Below, piece by piece: positions 44,007 to 54,931 of a stretch of DNA of 56,585 nucleotides. A program made the position numbers and the translations under genes. The stretch comes from an uncultured Clostridium sp. (lineage in GTDB: Bacteria > Bacillota > Clostridia > TANB77 > CAG-508): positions 1-56,585 of the forward strand of contig CAOJHH010000004.1 in assembly GCA_948436025.1 (NCBI GenBank), written 5' to 3'. The notes beneath the pieces are model-generated. The model made no database searches and was not told the DNA's origin. It worked only from the letters and a program-made list of their open reading frames with translations. Numbering within the stretch: the first letter of the stretch is position 1; each line of letters begins with the position of its first letter.

Positions 44007-45755
44007 CTATATTGTAATTTCTTCCGCATTTGTACTACATCTTAATATTTTTAATGCATCCGATGCTAAAACTTTTCCGTCGCCATTTGCATCAGCTGCC
44101 TGTAAATAAACTCCTTTTAAAGAATTAGCTCCTGTACTACTTCTTAATACTGCTAATGCGTCTGTCGCTAAAACTTTTCCATCGCCATTCACATCTCCCA
44201 TTACCACTAAGGTATATTCCTTATTATGGTTCTTATCTTTCAACTTATACCCTGTTCCAATCTTGTCTCCTTCTGCTTTTTTCTTTCCGTCTGCTGTTGT
44301 TACTTCATAGGAAGTAATGCCTAACTCATTTACCATGGATTTAACAGTTGCATTTGGAATGGCTTTTACATTATTTCCTTCTACTACAGCAACCTTCGTA
44401 TCTTCACAAGGTGCTAAATACTTACTTGCCATATATCCTACTATGCCAGAAGATATTTTTACCTTATCCCAATCATATCCATTAGCATTTGCACATTTTC
44501 TTTCAATAACGGCAACTACTTCATCTAGTGTGTTCATGGTAGCAAGTACTGTTCCCGAAGTGGTTGGAGCACTTCTTACTTTTACTGCGGTTCCTGTCAT
44601 ATAATATAGTTTTCCATCGTTTGTAGTAAGATTGGTTGGAAATTTATTTGCCTTTGGCATGTTATTATACACTGGGATAACAAAATTTAATTTTTCATCT
44701 AAAATTGTAGCATCTACATACGTATTATACAATTTCTTCGATTGACTTGCTGGGTCTTGTATATTAGTCATATACTGATGTCTAAAACATTTTGATGAAC
44801 TAATCGTTTGGGTTTGTCCTGCTTTTAAAATCGAACTTCCTACAACATCCCATTTATAAAAATATGCTGTATTTTGTCCTGCATTTGTATAGGAATTTGC
44901 TAGCAATTTTGCTCCTCCTACAATTGCTCTATATGGATTATTCCATGGCAATAATAACCTATTTTTATCCTCCCCTGACATGTTTTCTTTTCCATTTTTT
45001 GCATACTCTAGTCCTTTTGCAATAGGACTTCCTCCATCACTTGCTGCATAATTATAAAAATTATAATATCCTTCATACCCTGGATAATTTCCACTAACAG
45101 AATCGCTACCCTTTGAACCCACTTCTTGAATAATCTTAGTTGCAATACTATAAGGACTCATCTGGCTTTGTTTTGCTGCTTCTAAAATGATTTCCTCATA
45201 TGACATTTCTCTTCCTTGTTCATTTACCCATACTTTTTTATTTTCCATAAAAGTACCTTTAATAACACTAGAAATACCTTGTGTTGTATGTATTCTTTCA
45301 TTATAAGAAGTTTCTAAAAATTGAAATATTTTTATATCATCACCAATAAAATTTCGTGGGTCTAAATAATATTTTATAATATCTGAAGAAGCACATGCAT
45401 ATCCTGTTGCCACATTTCCACAACTACATTTCCATAATGCATTCGAGCTATTGTGCACTCGGTTATGCCCATGGTCTGTTTCATTCGCAACTAATTCATT
45501 CCAATCAATTCCTGTATAGTAGGCATCAAATGTCCAATTTGGATGTCCTTGTTCCCTTACCATTTCCTTTAATAGCACCTGATAATCCTCTGGGAATGCA
45601 TCAATTCCACTTTTTACGGTTTGTGTATATTCAGAAGCTGCTTGAACTCCATTTAATAACCCCATCATAAAATATACCATTATCACACTTATCATTAGTA
45701 TTACAACAATTTTTTTATTCATCTTGAAAAATACTTGTTTTTTCAACGTTTTCAC
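44007..45755 (-). CDS. peptidoglycan hydrolase (glucosaminidase-like) with SH3b and C-terminal dockerin
   Basis: YYLDPRNF, YYNFYN, HQYMTNI, VRSAPTT; GDVNGDGKV..TDAL and DANGDGKV..SDAL. Confidence 0.8.
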   Translation of the reverse strand: MKTLKKQVFFKMNKKIVVILMISVIMVYFMMGLLNGVQAASEYTQTVKSGIDAFPEDYQVLLKEMVREQGHPNWTFDAYYTGIDWNELVANETDHGHNRVHNSSNALWKCSCGNVATGYACASSDIIKYYLDPRNFIGDDIKIFQFLETSYNERIHTTQGISSVIKGTFMENKKVWVNEQGREMSYEEIILEAAKQSQMSPYSIATKIIQEVGSKGSDSVSGNYPGYEGYYNFYNYAASDGGSPIAKGLEYAKNGKENMSGEDKNRLLLPWNNPYRAIVGGAKLLANSYTNAGQNTAYFYKWDVVGSSILKAGQTQTISSSKCFRHQYMTNIQDPASQSKKLYNTYVDATILDEKLNFVIPVYNNMPKANKFPTNLTTNDGKLYYMTGTAVKVRSAPTTSGTVLATMNTLDEVVAVIERKCANANGYDWDKVKISSGIVGYMASKYLAPCEDTKVAVVEGNNVKAIPNATVKSMVNELGITSYEVTTADGKKKAEGDKIGTGYKLKDKNHNKEYTLVVMGDVNGDGKVLATDALAVLRSSTGANSLKGVYLQAADANGDGKVLASDALKILRCSTNAEEITI

Positions 45756-45912
45756 CCTCCAACTTCATTTGTAACTCTGTCTTATTTTATCACAATAAGT
45801 ATATCATTGTTACAAAATAAAAGTCAATGAATTTGAAACAAGTATTAAAAAAAATGCAAAAGAAAACATGTAGACTTTCTACATGCTCCTTCTCATATTT
45901 TATTGTTTTATT

Positions 45913-46533
45913 TTAAGCAAATTTTCTTTTATTCAAATATGCTCCAAATGCCCATAGAACTATGGTTAATACGGCAATATATGCCACATATTCCCATATA
46001 CTCGTTCCTGTTTTTGGTAATTCCTCTACCATATTATTGTCTACAGCATTTTCTAAGGTGTTATCTACCACATTATTGTCTAGTAGCCTATCTTCATATA
46101 CTTGGATATCAAAGGTTTTTGAGGTAATCACTGCATTTCCATTGGCAAGGTCAATTAAGCTTAGTTTAATCGTATAATTTCCCTCTTCCACAAAGGTAGC
46201 TTTAATCGGTGTTCGGTTCACAAAATCCCCTTGTACCGCAAAACCAGAAATAGGTCCCCAAATTCCCGTTTGTGCAATATCATGCTCTACTCCTGTCGTA
46301 TCGGTTGCAAGTATCTTTGGTGTAGCAGGACCTGTAATTTCTACTTTAATTTGTACACTGGTATGTAAAGTTCCCCCTACGCCTGTTAATAATACCACAG
46401 CATCTTTTTCTACATTTTTTACAAGGTTTCCTGTATATTGTAAATCGAAACTATATTCATCGGCTGCTAATACTGGACTTACACTACAAAACAGAATGGC
46501 TAATATCATAATAAATGATAATACTTTTTTCAT
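45913..46533 (-). CDS. LPXTG-anchored surface protein
   Basis: signal peptide; LPKTG + TM + KRK tail. Confidence 0.82.
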   Translation of the reverse strand: MKKVLSFIMILAILFCSVSPVLAADEYSFDLQYTGNLVKNVEKDAVVLLTGVGGTLHTSVQIKVEITGPATPKILATDTTGVEHDIAQTGIWGPISGFAVQGDFVNRTPIKATFVEEGNYTIKLSLIDLANGNAVITSKTFDIQVYEDRLLDNNVVDNTLENAVDNNMVEELPKTGTSIWEYVAYIAVLTIVLWAFGAYLNKRKFA

Positions 46534-46711
46534 AAAAAAATCTCCCCTTCTAAATTCGTTATACTAATTTATATTAGGGGAGATTTGTTTTATTCACTTT
46601 TTTATTAATTCTTTTTTTTATATTTTACAGTTCATAAAATGACTTCTTCATCATTCTACTCTATATCATTTTTTATACTACTTCTTATTATGTAGTTATA
46701 ATTTCTTTAGC

Positions 46712-47824
46712 CTACAGTCTTATAAACAAAGTGAGGCGAGACGTTACATTGTCGTACGCACAGGTCGTACTATTGTAGGTACGATAGCCGGCAGGACGAT
46801 CACTAGCTGTATTACTGTAATATCCCCCACGTAGTACACAAGGAGAGTCTTGGAAACTATAAACCTCAGTCGTCCATTCCCAATCATTTCCTCCCATATC
46901 ATAAATATTATTTCTTGCTTTACTTCCTCCTGTAAGGTTTAAACTTCCTGAATAATTACCGCCTCCACTATTGGTCGTATATCCAGCATTGTTTGTTTCT
47001 ATAAATTTCAATGTCGTATCCCATGCATAACTACTACATAATCTACTTACTACTGCATCATTATCACTGTACATTCCTTCTGCTACTTTTTTTGCCATAT
47101 CTCTTGTAATATAATTCCATACTTGTTTATTTGGTTGTACTACCGCTTTTCCATTACTATATCCTGTCCATTCTGTTTCATCATTTGTATTACTCGTTAC
47201 TACATTTGCATCATAATCCACTATTCCAACTTCATATCTTCCTATATAGAATCCTCCATATCTCTTGATACTATTTATTTCAATACTTGGCATATCCTCT
47301 GTAAAAACATACTCTCCCAAATTTGGAACATTTATCTCTCCTGTTGTTTCATTTTTTGTTTGTGTATACTCCCATCCAGTCCTTGAAAATGCGTATCGGT
47401 CATATTTGATGCTTCCATTCACCCCGTCTTCGGTACATGGCACCCATACAAATTCATTTCCGTTTGTTTCAGTTCCACTATTATCTTTTATCACAAATCC
47501 AGTTTCTTTCGTTCCTTCTGTGTGTTCAAATCCTTTTGGTACTGGTACTCCATCTACCATTGTATATTTATCTCCACTTGGTGTAGTAGGTGTATTTATT
47601 CCTGCTATGATATTATCTGCTTCTCCTAAAAATTTTGCTAAATCTTCATCTTCTTTTTTGGCTGCTTCTTGGTAATTTCTTCCCGCTTCTTCTGCTCTTC
47701 TTAAGATGCCTCTTTGTCCTATGGTTAGATTGATTGTTATGCCTGCTAAGATTAATAACACAATGATGGTGATTACGAGTGCCACCAATGTGATACCTGC
47801 CTTGTTCCCATGTAGATAGAGCAC
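46712..47824 (-). CDS. type IV pilin-like N-terminus fused to an FGE-sulfatase/C-type-lectin-like domain
   Basis: KAG|ITLVALVITIIVLLILAG; GNEFVWVP, GGFYIGRYE, NIYDMGGN.WEWT, RGG..SR; start codon uncertain. Confidence 0.8.
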   Translation of the reverse strand: MLYLHGNKAGITLVALVITIIVLLILAGITINLTIGQRGILRRAEEAGRNYQEAAKKEDEDLAKFLGEADNIIAGINTPTTPSGDKYTMVDGVPVPKGFEHTEGTKETGFVIKDNSGTETNGNEFVWVPCTEDGVNGSIKYDRYAFSRTGWEYTQTKNETTGEINVPNLGEYVFTEDMPSIEINSIKRYGGFYIGRYEVGIVDYDANVVTSNTNDETEWTGYSNGKAVVQPNKQVWNYITRDMAKKVAEGMYSDNDAVVSRLCSSYAWDTTLKFIETNNAGYTTNSGGGNYSGSLNLTGGSKARNNIYDMGGNDWEWTTEVYSFQDSPCVLRGGYYSNTASDRPAGYRTYNSTTCAYDNVTSRLTLFIRL

Positions 47825-48235
47825 AGTAGTGTCTGTCTTACGGGTATTCCCGTAGGAAAGCTCCCCTACAGTCGTGTTTAGGGGTTTTTGTTTTTTATTA
47901 ATTTTTTCTCTTTTGCCTCCTTAATTTTCCTTTTTTCTTATTGTTTACATTTTTTCCATAAATATGCACATTTCCTCTATTCTCATTTAAATAACAATAG
48001 CATTGTAAATACCTTTTTCTTATTTAATTGTCAATGTACACATTTATTTATGTCTCTACTTTACCATTAGGTATAGTTATTTGTCAGGTGGGTGTTTCCA
48101 CTTTTTTCAGTTTTATTCTTAAACGATTTTTTCAATTCCGTTAAAAGAAAAATAGAGTTATGCTTCACAAACACAACTCCATAAAAGTTTTAAATTTTTT
48201 CTATATAATCTTATTATATGGTATTCTATCATTAC

Positions 48236-49627
48236 TCATTCTTCTATTTCTTCCTTTTTCACCAATTCCTTAAAAATTCTTCCTCGTTCTTGGAAGTTTT
48301 TAAAATACCCATAACTAGAGGCTGCTGGTGATAGTAAACAAATGCTTTCCTTTCTTGTTAACGTTTTTGCTTGTTTTACTGCTTCTTCCATGGTTTGTAC
48401 CATTATTATGGTATGCCTTTTATCTTCTCGAATAGCTTCAAAAATAGCCTCTCCTGTTTTTGGTAAACAGATAATGTGTTCTACTTTACTTTCTTTTAAG
48501 AAATGAATTAACTTTGTTTGATTAACCCCTCTATCGTTTCCCCCCACAATTAATGTATTTACTTTTTCTAATGTTTCGATGGCATCAATGGTCGCTTCTG
48601 GTATGGTGGCAATGGAGTTATTGTAGTATTCCACATTGTCAAAAGTGCCTACAAATTCCATTCGATGTTCTAATGGTTCAAAGGTATTAATGGTTTGGAC
48701 CGTTTTTGCTAAATCTAATTGTAAAATTTGGCTTACTGCTAATACAAACATAATGTTATTTAACATATAATTTCCTTTTAGTTTTCGTTCTTCTTCTGCA
48801 TTGTATAATAGTTTTTCGTTTTGGTATACTTTATTGTCTTTTAAATAAATGACATGTTTTCTTTCTTCTTTTTTCTCTTCCTTTATTGTAATTCCATAAT
48901 CGTTTTCTTTAAAATGATACTGATATTGTTTCATAAGTTCATTATCCATATTAAAAATTGTAATGTCATTTTTTTCTTGATATTTCACAATATTGTATTT
49001 CGCTTCTATATATTTTTCTAACGATTCATAATGGTCTAAATGTTCTTCATAAACATTTAATAAAATTCCGATATTGGGAGACTTTTTTACATATTCTAGC
49101 CCATGGGATGAAATTTCTAATACTATGGTTTCATCTTTTTGAATTTCTTCCATTTCATCAAAAATAGGAATTCCGATGTTTCCTAATAATCTTGTTTTTC
49201 TTCCTTGGTCTTGTAACATTTTATAAATTAGAGAACTGGTGGTGCTTTTTCCTTTGGTTCCCGTAATTCCAATGGTATAGCAAGGCATGAATTCCAAAAA
49301 CAATTCTAATTGTGAGGTTACTTTATGAAGAAAATTTGTGGTGTCCATTCCCTTAAAACTGACTCCTGGTGATTTTAAGATAATATCGTATTGTTCCATC
49401 TTTGTTAAATATTCGTCTCCTGTATAAAAGCTAAGATTTTTGTCTTTTTCTAAATATTCTTTTTCTTCTTTAAAATCTTGCTTATGGTATCTTATGGCAA
49501 GTGGTTTTTGTGGGAAATGTTTTCTTAAAAATTGATACGTCGATTTTCCTTCTACCCCAAACCCTAATATCAATATTTTTTTATCTTCTAAATACTTTAT
49601 TAATTCTGTTTGCATATACAATATCAT
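48236..49627 (-). CDS. murD: MurD-family ligase (probably MurD2, L-Glu adding)
   Basis: ILGFGVEG, KSPGV, GITGTKGKSTT, LEISS, HLD, LLSPAASSY..F..RG; start uncertain. Confidence 0.88.
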   Translation of the reverse strand: MILYMQTELIKYLEDKKILILGFGVEGKSTYQFLRKHFPQKPLAIRYHKQDFKEEKEYLEKDKNLSFYTGDEYLTKMEQYDIILKSPGVSFKGMDTTNFLHKVTSQLELFLEFMPCYTIGITGTKGKSTTSSLIYKMLQDQGRKTRLLGNIGIPIFDEMEEIQKDETIVLEISSHGLEYVKKSPNIGILLNVYEEHLDHYESLEKYIEAKYNIVKYQEKNDITIFNMDNELMKQYQYHFKENDYGITIKEEKKEERKHVIYLKDNKVYQNEKLLYNAEEERKLKGNYMLNNIMFVLAVSQILQLDLAKTVQTINTFEPLEHRMEFVGTFDNVEYYNNSIATIPEATIDAIETLEKVNTLIVGGNDRGVNQTKLIHFLKESKVEHIICLPKTGEAIFEAIREDKRHTIIMVQTMEEAVKQAKTLTRKESICLLSPAASSYGYFKNFQERGRIFKELVKKEEIEE

Positions 49628-49670
49628 TCCTTCCTCGCTTGGTTCAAAATGCACACATCGTTTGAAAAGT

Positions 49671-51047
49671 TTATTTTATATTAAGTTTCTCTTTTAACAT
49701 ATCATTTAATTCTTTTGGTACGTTATTTTTTTCGTTATACCTTTTTGTAATATCTTGGGTAATATCCACCATATAATCATTTTCTTTATAGAATTTTAAT
49801 AAATATGGAATTTCTTTTTCTTGTTTTTCTAGTTTTTGAATCGTAGTTGTAAGTGCATAATTTACTTCTTCATATGTTCCTACACATTCAAATGGTTTTG
49901 TTTTTCCTTGTCCGCATAATTCCTTAAAGGTTTCTAGTAAATTTTCCTTCTGAAATAAGTCTTTCCCAAATATTTTTATTAATTCCTCTTTATATAAAAA
50001 TGGACTTAAAATAATAAAAACAAATAAGCATTTGGGGCACTCTCCACACCATTCCCAAGGAATACTTTTACTTCCTACATTGCAACTTCTAAAAATGGAA
50101 TGATATTTTGGATTTTGGGAAAATAGTTTTGCAATTTGTAATTCGTTTAATGGGCGTAATAAACTAAAATAGTATACTCCTGCTTTTAAATATTGGCTCG
50201 AATAATCAGCAAAGTCTTGTTCAAATTCATAGCTTTTTGAATATTGATGATTAATTTTTTCTCCTTCTACATTACTTTCTTCTGCACTTGATTCATTGGA
50301 TAAGGCTACATATTTCTTATTGGTTAGAAAAGCAATAAAATAGGATAAAAAGGCAAGAAGCGAAGAAAATGGTGTATGTCCGTTTAAATATCCTTTTTTA
50401 TTTAGTCCCAATAATTCAGAATCAATCGTTCTTGTTACTTCGATGATTTGATTGTCATTATACCCTGCTATTTTTGCACTTTGCAAGGATGGTTCTTTTC
50501 CACCAATCATAAGGCAATAATTATCGTTTTTATTTTGCTTTAGTAATTCCAAGGTAACAGTAGAGTCTTTTCCTCCACCAATTGGAATTAGTGTTCCTTT
50601 TAATTCGCCTATTTCTATATCTTTTAACTCTTTATATGGTGCTTCTACTGTTATTTTCATCATCTCTTCTTGTGATATATCAATTTGATTAATATAGCGA
50701 TATTCTCCTAATCCATTATAGTAAAGTTTTTGAAACCACTTCATTTGTTCTTCATTTAAATATCCACATTTTACAAGTACATTCGGAGAACATGTGCATT
50801 TCCAGTAACTAACTAGCTCCACCATTCCAATATGAAATACTAAATTTCTCACAAAGTCGTTGTCTATCTCTCGAAAAGGAATCTCCTTCTTTTTTATTTC
50901 AATTTTAGGATGAAACTCACATAATCCAACAATTTCAAAATCAAATTGCAAAACAATTTGATTTTCGTTCTCTTTCACATGATAGTCATGATAAATAAAT
51001 GTTGGATATCGCTTTCTTAATTCTAGGAACTTTTCATTCATACTCAT
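49671..51047 (-). CDS. murL: UDP-MurNAc-L-Ala-L-Glu epimerase (MurL-like)
   Basis: GGGKDS PP-loop, NGHTPFS, SNESSA, NHQYSKS, SCN, WCGECPKC, KPFECVG; adjacent to murD. Confidence 0.8.
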   Translation of the reverse strand: MSMNEKFLELRKRYPTFIYHDYHVKENENQIVLQFDFEIVGLCEFHPKIEIKKKEIPFREIDNDFVRNLVFHIGMVELVSYWKCTCSPNVLVKCGYLNEEQMKWFQKLYYNGLGEYRYINQIDISQEEMMKITVEAPYKELKDIEIGELKGTLIPIGGGKDSTVTLELLKQNKNDNYCLMIGGKEPSLQSAKIAGYNDNQIIEVTRTIDSELLGLNKKGYLNGHTPFSSLLAFLSYFIAFLTNKKYVALSNESSAEESNVEGEKINHQYSKSYEFEQDFADYSSQYLKAGVYYFSLLRPLNELQIAKLFSQNPKYHSIFRSCNVGSKSIPWEWCGECPKCLFVFIILSPFLYKEELIKIFGKDLFQKENLLETFKELCGQGKTKPFECVGTYEEVNYALTTTIQKLEKQEKEIPYLLKFYKENDYMVDITQDITKRYNEKNNVPKELNDMLKEKLNIK

Positions 51048-51051
51048 TCTC

Positions 51052-51492
51052 CTAACTTTCTATATACTTCACAAATCCATATTCTATATTTCCCTTTGGG
51101 CAATCTTTTAATTCATATAACAAAGTACAACCCATTTTTTCATAAAATCCTTTTGCTTGAAAATCGAGTGTTTCTACTCTAATTCCTACTAAATTTCTTT
51201 GTTTTGCATATTCCTCTAGCTTTTTAAAAATGGATGTTCCAAGGCTTTTCCCTCTATATTCATCACTAATAAATGTTTTTTGAATTTGTAACCACTGTAA
51301 GGCTTCATATACTACCATTCCACCTATGATTTTTCCATTTTCAAAGGCATAACAACCAAATACTTCTTTTTCTTTCGGTTCATCACTTCTATTTTTAAAA
51401 TATGGTGTCTTTCCATTTTCATTATTATACTTATGAATTCCTCTACTAATATATTGGTAATTCTCTATTTTGTTACTTATTTCTATTTTCAT
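51052..51492 (-). CDS. GNAT acetyltransferase
   Basis: YRGKSLGT, FQAKGFYEKMG. Confidence 0.88.
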   Translation of the reverse strand: MKIEISNKIENYQYISRGIHKYNNENGKTPYFKNRSDEPKEKEVFGCYAFENGKIIGGMVVYEALQWLQIQKTFISDEYRGKSLGTSIFKKLEEYAKQRNLVGIRVETLDFQAKGFYEKMGCTLLYELKDCPKGNIEYGFVKYIES

Positions 51493-51503
51493 ATCTTCTC
51501 CTC

Positions 51504-53873
51504 CTATTTTCGAAGCTCTGCTCCTAGTGTTTTTTCTAAATCTACAATAATTTTTTCTAGTAACTTGTTGATTTCTTCGTCGGTTAGGGTTCTGTCGTTT
51601 GTATTAAATTCTAGTGAATAAGACATGCTCTTTTTTCCTTTTTCTATGTTGGAACCGGTGTATAGGTCAAATATTTTTGTGCCTATTAATAAGGAGCCTG
51701 CTGATTTTTTGATTTGTTTTTGTAGTTCTTCATTGGTGATTTCTTTTTTTACTACCATGCTTAGGTCTTTTTTTACGACTGGATATTTTGAAATTTCTTT
51801 GTATTTCATTTTTCCTGTTTTTTTGCTTAGTAATTTATCTAGGTTTATTTCAAATACGAATACATCATTTTGTGTTTTTTTCGGATGTACTTTTCCTATG
51901 ATACCAATCATTTCTCCATTTAGGTTGATTTCGGCACTTTGTCCTTTGTGGAATTCTTGTGGTACTTCTTTTAACGGAATAAAACTGTATCTTCCTACAT
52001 ATCCTAAATAATCTAGCATTTCTTCTACAATCCCTTTTATGACATAGAAATCTACTTTTTTACTTGTCATTCCTATATGATATTCGCCAGAAAGTAAAGC
52101 TGCTAATTTTCTTTCTTCTCCATATTCTTTGTCTTTTTTGTAAAAGCTTTTTCCAATTTCAAAAATGGATACCTCTTTTACATTTCTTGCGATATTGTAT
52201 TCGTAAATTTTATATAAAGATGGCAAAATGCTTGCTCTTAAAGTGTTTCTTTCTTCGGTTAGTGGGTCTAATAGTTTTAGTGTTTCTACCTTGTCATCTT
52301 TCATGAATTGTTTGGCTTCTTTGTCATTTACTAAAATATAAGATAACGTTTCGTTTAAGCCTAAATCAATCATTTTGTTTCTAATTTGTCTTGTCGTTTT
52401 ATCATAACTTCCTGGTTTTAATGGCATAACTGGCAAAGTACCTTCTATATTGTCTACTCCATAAATACGCCCTACTTCTTCAATTAGGTCTTCTGGTATA
52501 GAAATATCTATTCTTCTTGTTGGAACAGATACGGTTATCATATCTGGTTTTACTTCATAAGTAAAACCAAGTCTTCTAAACGCATCTAAGATACTTTCTT
52601 TTGGTATATTTAATCCTAAAATATCCGTAATTTTCTTAAAGGTTATATCAATTTTTTTATCTTCTTTATTTGTGGTATCGTATCTTGCCATTCCTCCTAC
52701 AATTTCGGCATCTGCATATTTTTCTAGCATATGGCATGCACGCTCTATGGCAAGATAGGTTCTATTTGGGTCTAACCCTTTTTCAAAACGAGAACTTGCT
52801 TCACTTCGTAGAATTTTTTTCGAGGTACATCTTACTTTAATTGCATCAAATATAGCTGCTTCAATGATGATATTTTTCGTGGTTTCTTCAATTTCGGTAT
52901 CTAGCCCTCCCATTACTCCGGCAAGTCCTATGGCTCTTGTTCCATCGGATATGACGATATCCTCTTTTGATAAATTTCTTTTGATACCATCTAATGTCAT
53001 CAATTCTTCTGCTTCATTTGCCATTCTTACTTCTAACATTCCTTTTAAAGAATCAGCGTCATAGAAGTGTAGTGGTTGACCCGTTTCTAGCATAACATAA
53101 TTGCTAATATCCACTACATTGTTGATTGGTCGTATGCCAGAAGCCATCAATCTATTTTTGATAAAGGCTGGGCTTTCTTTAATCGTTACATTTTTTACTT
53201 TTTTAGATAAAAAGATACTGCAATTGTCGGTAGCAATGTTTAATTTAAACGTATCGTTTATATTTTCTTTGTTTTCACTATAGGATACCTCCATTGGTTT
53301 TACTTTTTTATCGTAAATCGCTCCTATTTCATATGCCATTCCTAATATACTTAGTAAATCTCCACGGTTGGCAGTTAGTTCAAAATCGATTACTTCATCG
53401 TCTAATTCTAATTGTTTGATTGGGTCTTCTCCTACTTGTGCATTACTTGGTAATTCATGAATCCCATTTTTATCCGCTTCGGTTAGGAATTTACTTTCTA
53501 ATCCTAATTCTTGCATAGAACACAACATTCCATTAGATTCTTGCCCTCTTATCATTCCTTTTTTTATTTTGAAGTCCCCTGGTAGTTCGGCACCTACTTG
53601 TGCTACAATTACTTTTAATCCTTTTCTTACATTTGGGGCACCACATACAATGTTTAGTATTTCACTTCCAATATTGACTTTACAAATGTGTAAATGGTCA
53701 GAATCTGGGTGCATTTCACATTCGATTACTTCCCCTACAATTAGTTTGGTTGCATTAATTAATTTTTCTGCACTATCGTATTCATTTCCTACCCCTGTCA
53801 TATCTTCTGCAAGTTTTTTTACCTCTACATCAATATCCACATAATCTTTTACAAAATTGGTACTTAATTTCAT
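51504..53873 (-). CDS. pheT: phenylalanine--tRNA ligase beta subunit
   Basis: IVCGAPN, SNGMLCS, LTANRGD, GQPLHFYD, RFEKG, FDX-ACB C-terminus. Confidence 0.98.
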   Translation of the reverse strand: MKLSTNFVKDYVDIDVEVKKLAEDMTGVGNEYDSAEKLINATKLIVGEVIECEMHPDSDHLHICKVNIGSEILNIVCGAPNVRKGLKVIVAQVGAELPGDFKIKKGMIRGQESNGMLCSMQELGLESKFLTEADKNGIHELPSNAQVGEDPIKQLELDDEVIDFELTANRGDLLSILGMAYEIGAIYDKKVKPMEVSYSENKENINDTFKLNIATDNCSIFLSKKVKNVTIKESPAFIKNRLMASGIRPINNVVDISNYVMLETGQPLHFYDADSLKGMLEVRMANEAEELMTLDGIKRNLSKEDIVISDGTRAIGLAGVMGGLDTEIEETTKNIIIEAAIFDAIKVRCTSKKILRSEASSRFEKGLDPNRTYLAIERACHMLEKYADAEIVGGMARYDTTNKEDKKIDITFKKITDILGLNIPKESILDAFRRLGFTYEVKPDMITVSVPTRRIDISIPEDLIEEVGRIYGVDNIEGTLPVMPLKPGSYDKTTRQIRNKMIDLGLNETLSYILVNDKEAKQFMKDDKVETLKLLDPLTEERNTLRASILPSLYKIYEYNIARNVKEVSIFEIGKSFYKKDKEYGEERKLAALLSGEYHIGMTSKKVDFYVIKGIVEEMLDYLGYVGRYSFIPLKEVPQEFHKGQSAEINLNGEMIGIIGKVHPKKTQNDVFVFEINLDKLLSKKTGKMKYKEISKYPVVKKDLSMVVKKEITNEELQKQIKKSAGSLLIGTKIFDLYTGSNIEKGKKSMSYSLEFNTNDRTLTDEEINKLLEKIIVDLEKTLGAELRK

Positions 53874-54929
53874 CTATATTCTCCTTTCTGATTCATTATC
53901 TTTTCGGTCAAATTGACTTAAAAATCTTACATCATTTGCATATAGCAAACGAATATCGGTAATTCCGTATTTAAACATTGCCAAACGGTCTAGTCCTGTT
54001 CCAAAAGCAAATCCACTGTATTTTTCTGGGTCATATCCATTCATTTTTAATACATTTGGGTGCACCATTCCAGAACCTAGTATTTCAATCCAACCCGTTT
54101 GTTTACAAAGATTACATCCTTTTCCTCCACATTTAAAGCAACTTACATCAACTTCATAAGATGGTTCCGTAAATGGGAAATAACTTGGTCTAAAACGTAG
54201 TTTAGAATCTTTTCCTAACATATGGCGAACAAATATTTCTAAGGTTCCTTTTAAATGAGCAAGGCTAATGCCTTCATCAATAACCAATCCTTCAATTTGA
54301 CCAAATTGATGAGAATGAGTTGCATCGTCATCTCTACGGTAGGTTTTTCCCGGGCATATGACACGAATTGGTGTTTTTTCTTTGTTTGCCATCATGGTTC
54401 GTGCCTGCACAGAAGATGTCTGGGTTCTTAGTAAGTATTCTGTAGTAATGTAGAAAGTGTCTTGCATATCTCTTGCTGGGTGTCCTTTTGGAAGATTTAG
54501 TCTTTCAAAACAATATTCGTCGGTTTCTAATTCTGGTCCATCTACTACATCATACCCCATGGAGACAAATAAGTCTTCTAATTCTTCAATAATGCGGTTT
54601 ACTGGATGTTTGCTTCCTCTTCTTACTTTAGAAGAAGGAAGAGTAATATCAATAGTTTCTTCTTCCAATTTTTGTTGTAATTTTGCCTCTTCTAATTCTT
54701 CGGTTTTGGTATGCATTAAAGTTTCTAACTCATCTCGTACCTTATTTACTAGTTCTCCAACCACTGGTCTTTCCTCAGGAGTCAACGCTCCCATTCCTCT
54801 TAGTACTGCTGTCAATTCTCCTTTTTTCCCTAAATACTTCACACGTACCGCATCCACACTTTGCAAATCCTCTGCCTTTGCAATCTCTTCTTTAGCAAGC
54901 TCCTTAATTTTCTCAATTTGTTCTTTCAT
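53874..54929 (-). CDS. pheS: phenylalanine--tRNA ligase alpha subunit
   Basis: [37 protein letters not shown]. Confidence 0.99.
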   Translation of the reverse strand: MKEQIEKIKELAKEEIAKAEDLQSVDAVRVKYLGKKGELTAVLRGMGALTPEERPVVGELVNKVRDELETLMHTKTEELEEAKLQQKLEEETIDITLPSSKVRRGSKHPVNRIIEELEDLFVSMGYDVVDGPELETDEYCFERLNLPKGHPARDMQDTFYITTEYLLRTQTSSVQARTMMANKEKTPIRVICPGKTYRRDDDATHSHQFGQIEGLVIDEGISLAHLKGTLEIFVRHMLGKDSKLRFRPSYFPFTEPSYEVDVSCFKCGGKGCNLCKQTGWIEILGSGMVHPNVLKMNGYDPEKYSGFAFGTGLDRLAMFKYGITDIRLLYANDVRFLSQFDRKDNESERRI

Positions 54930-54931
54930 AA

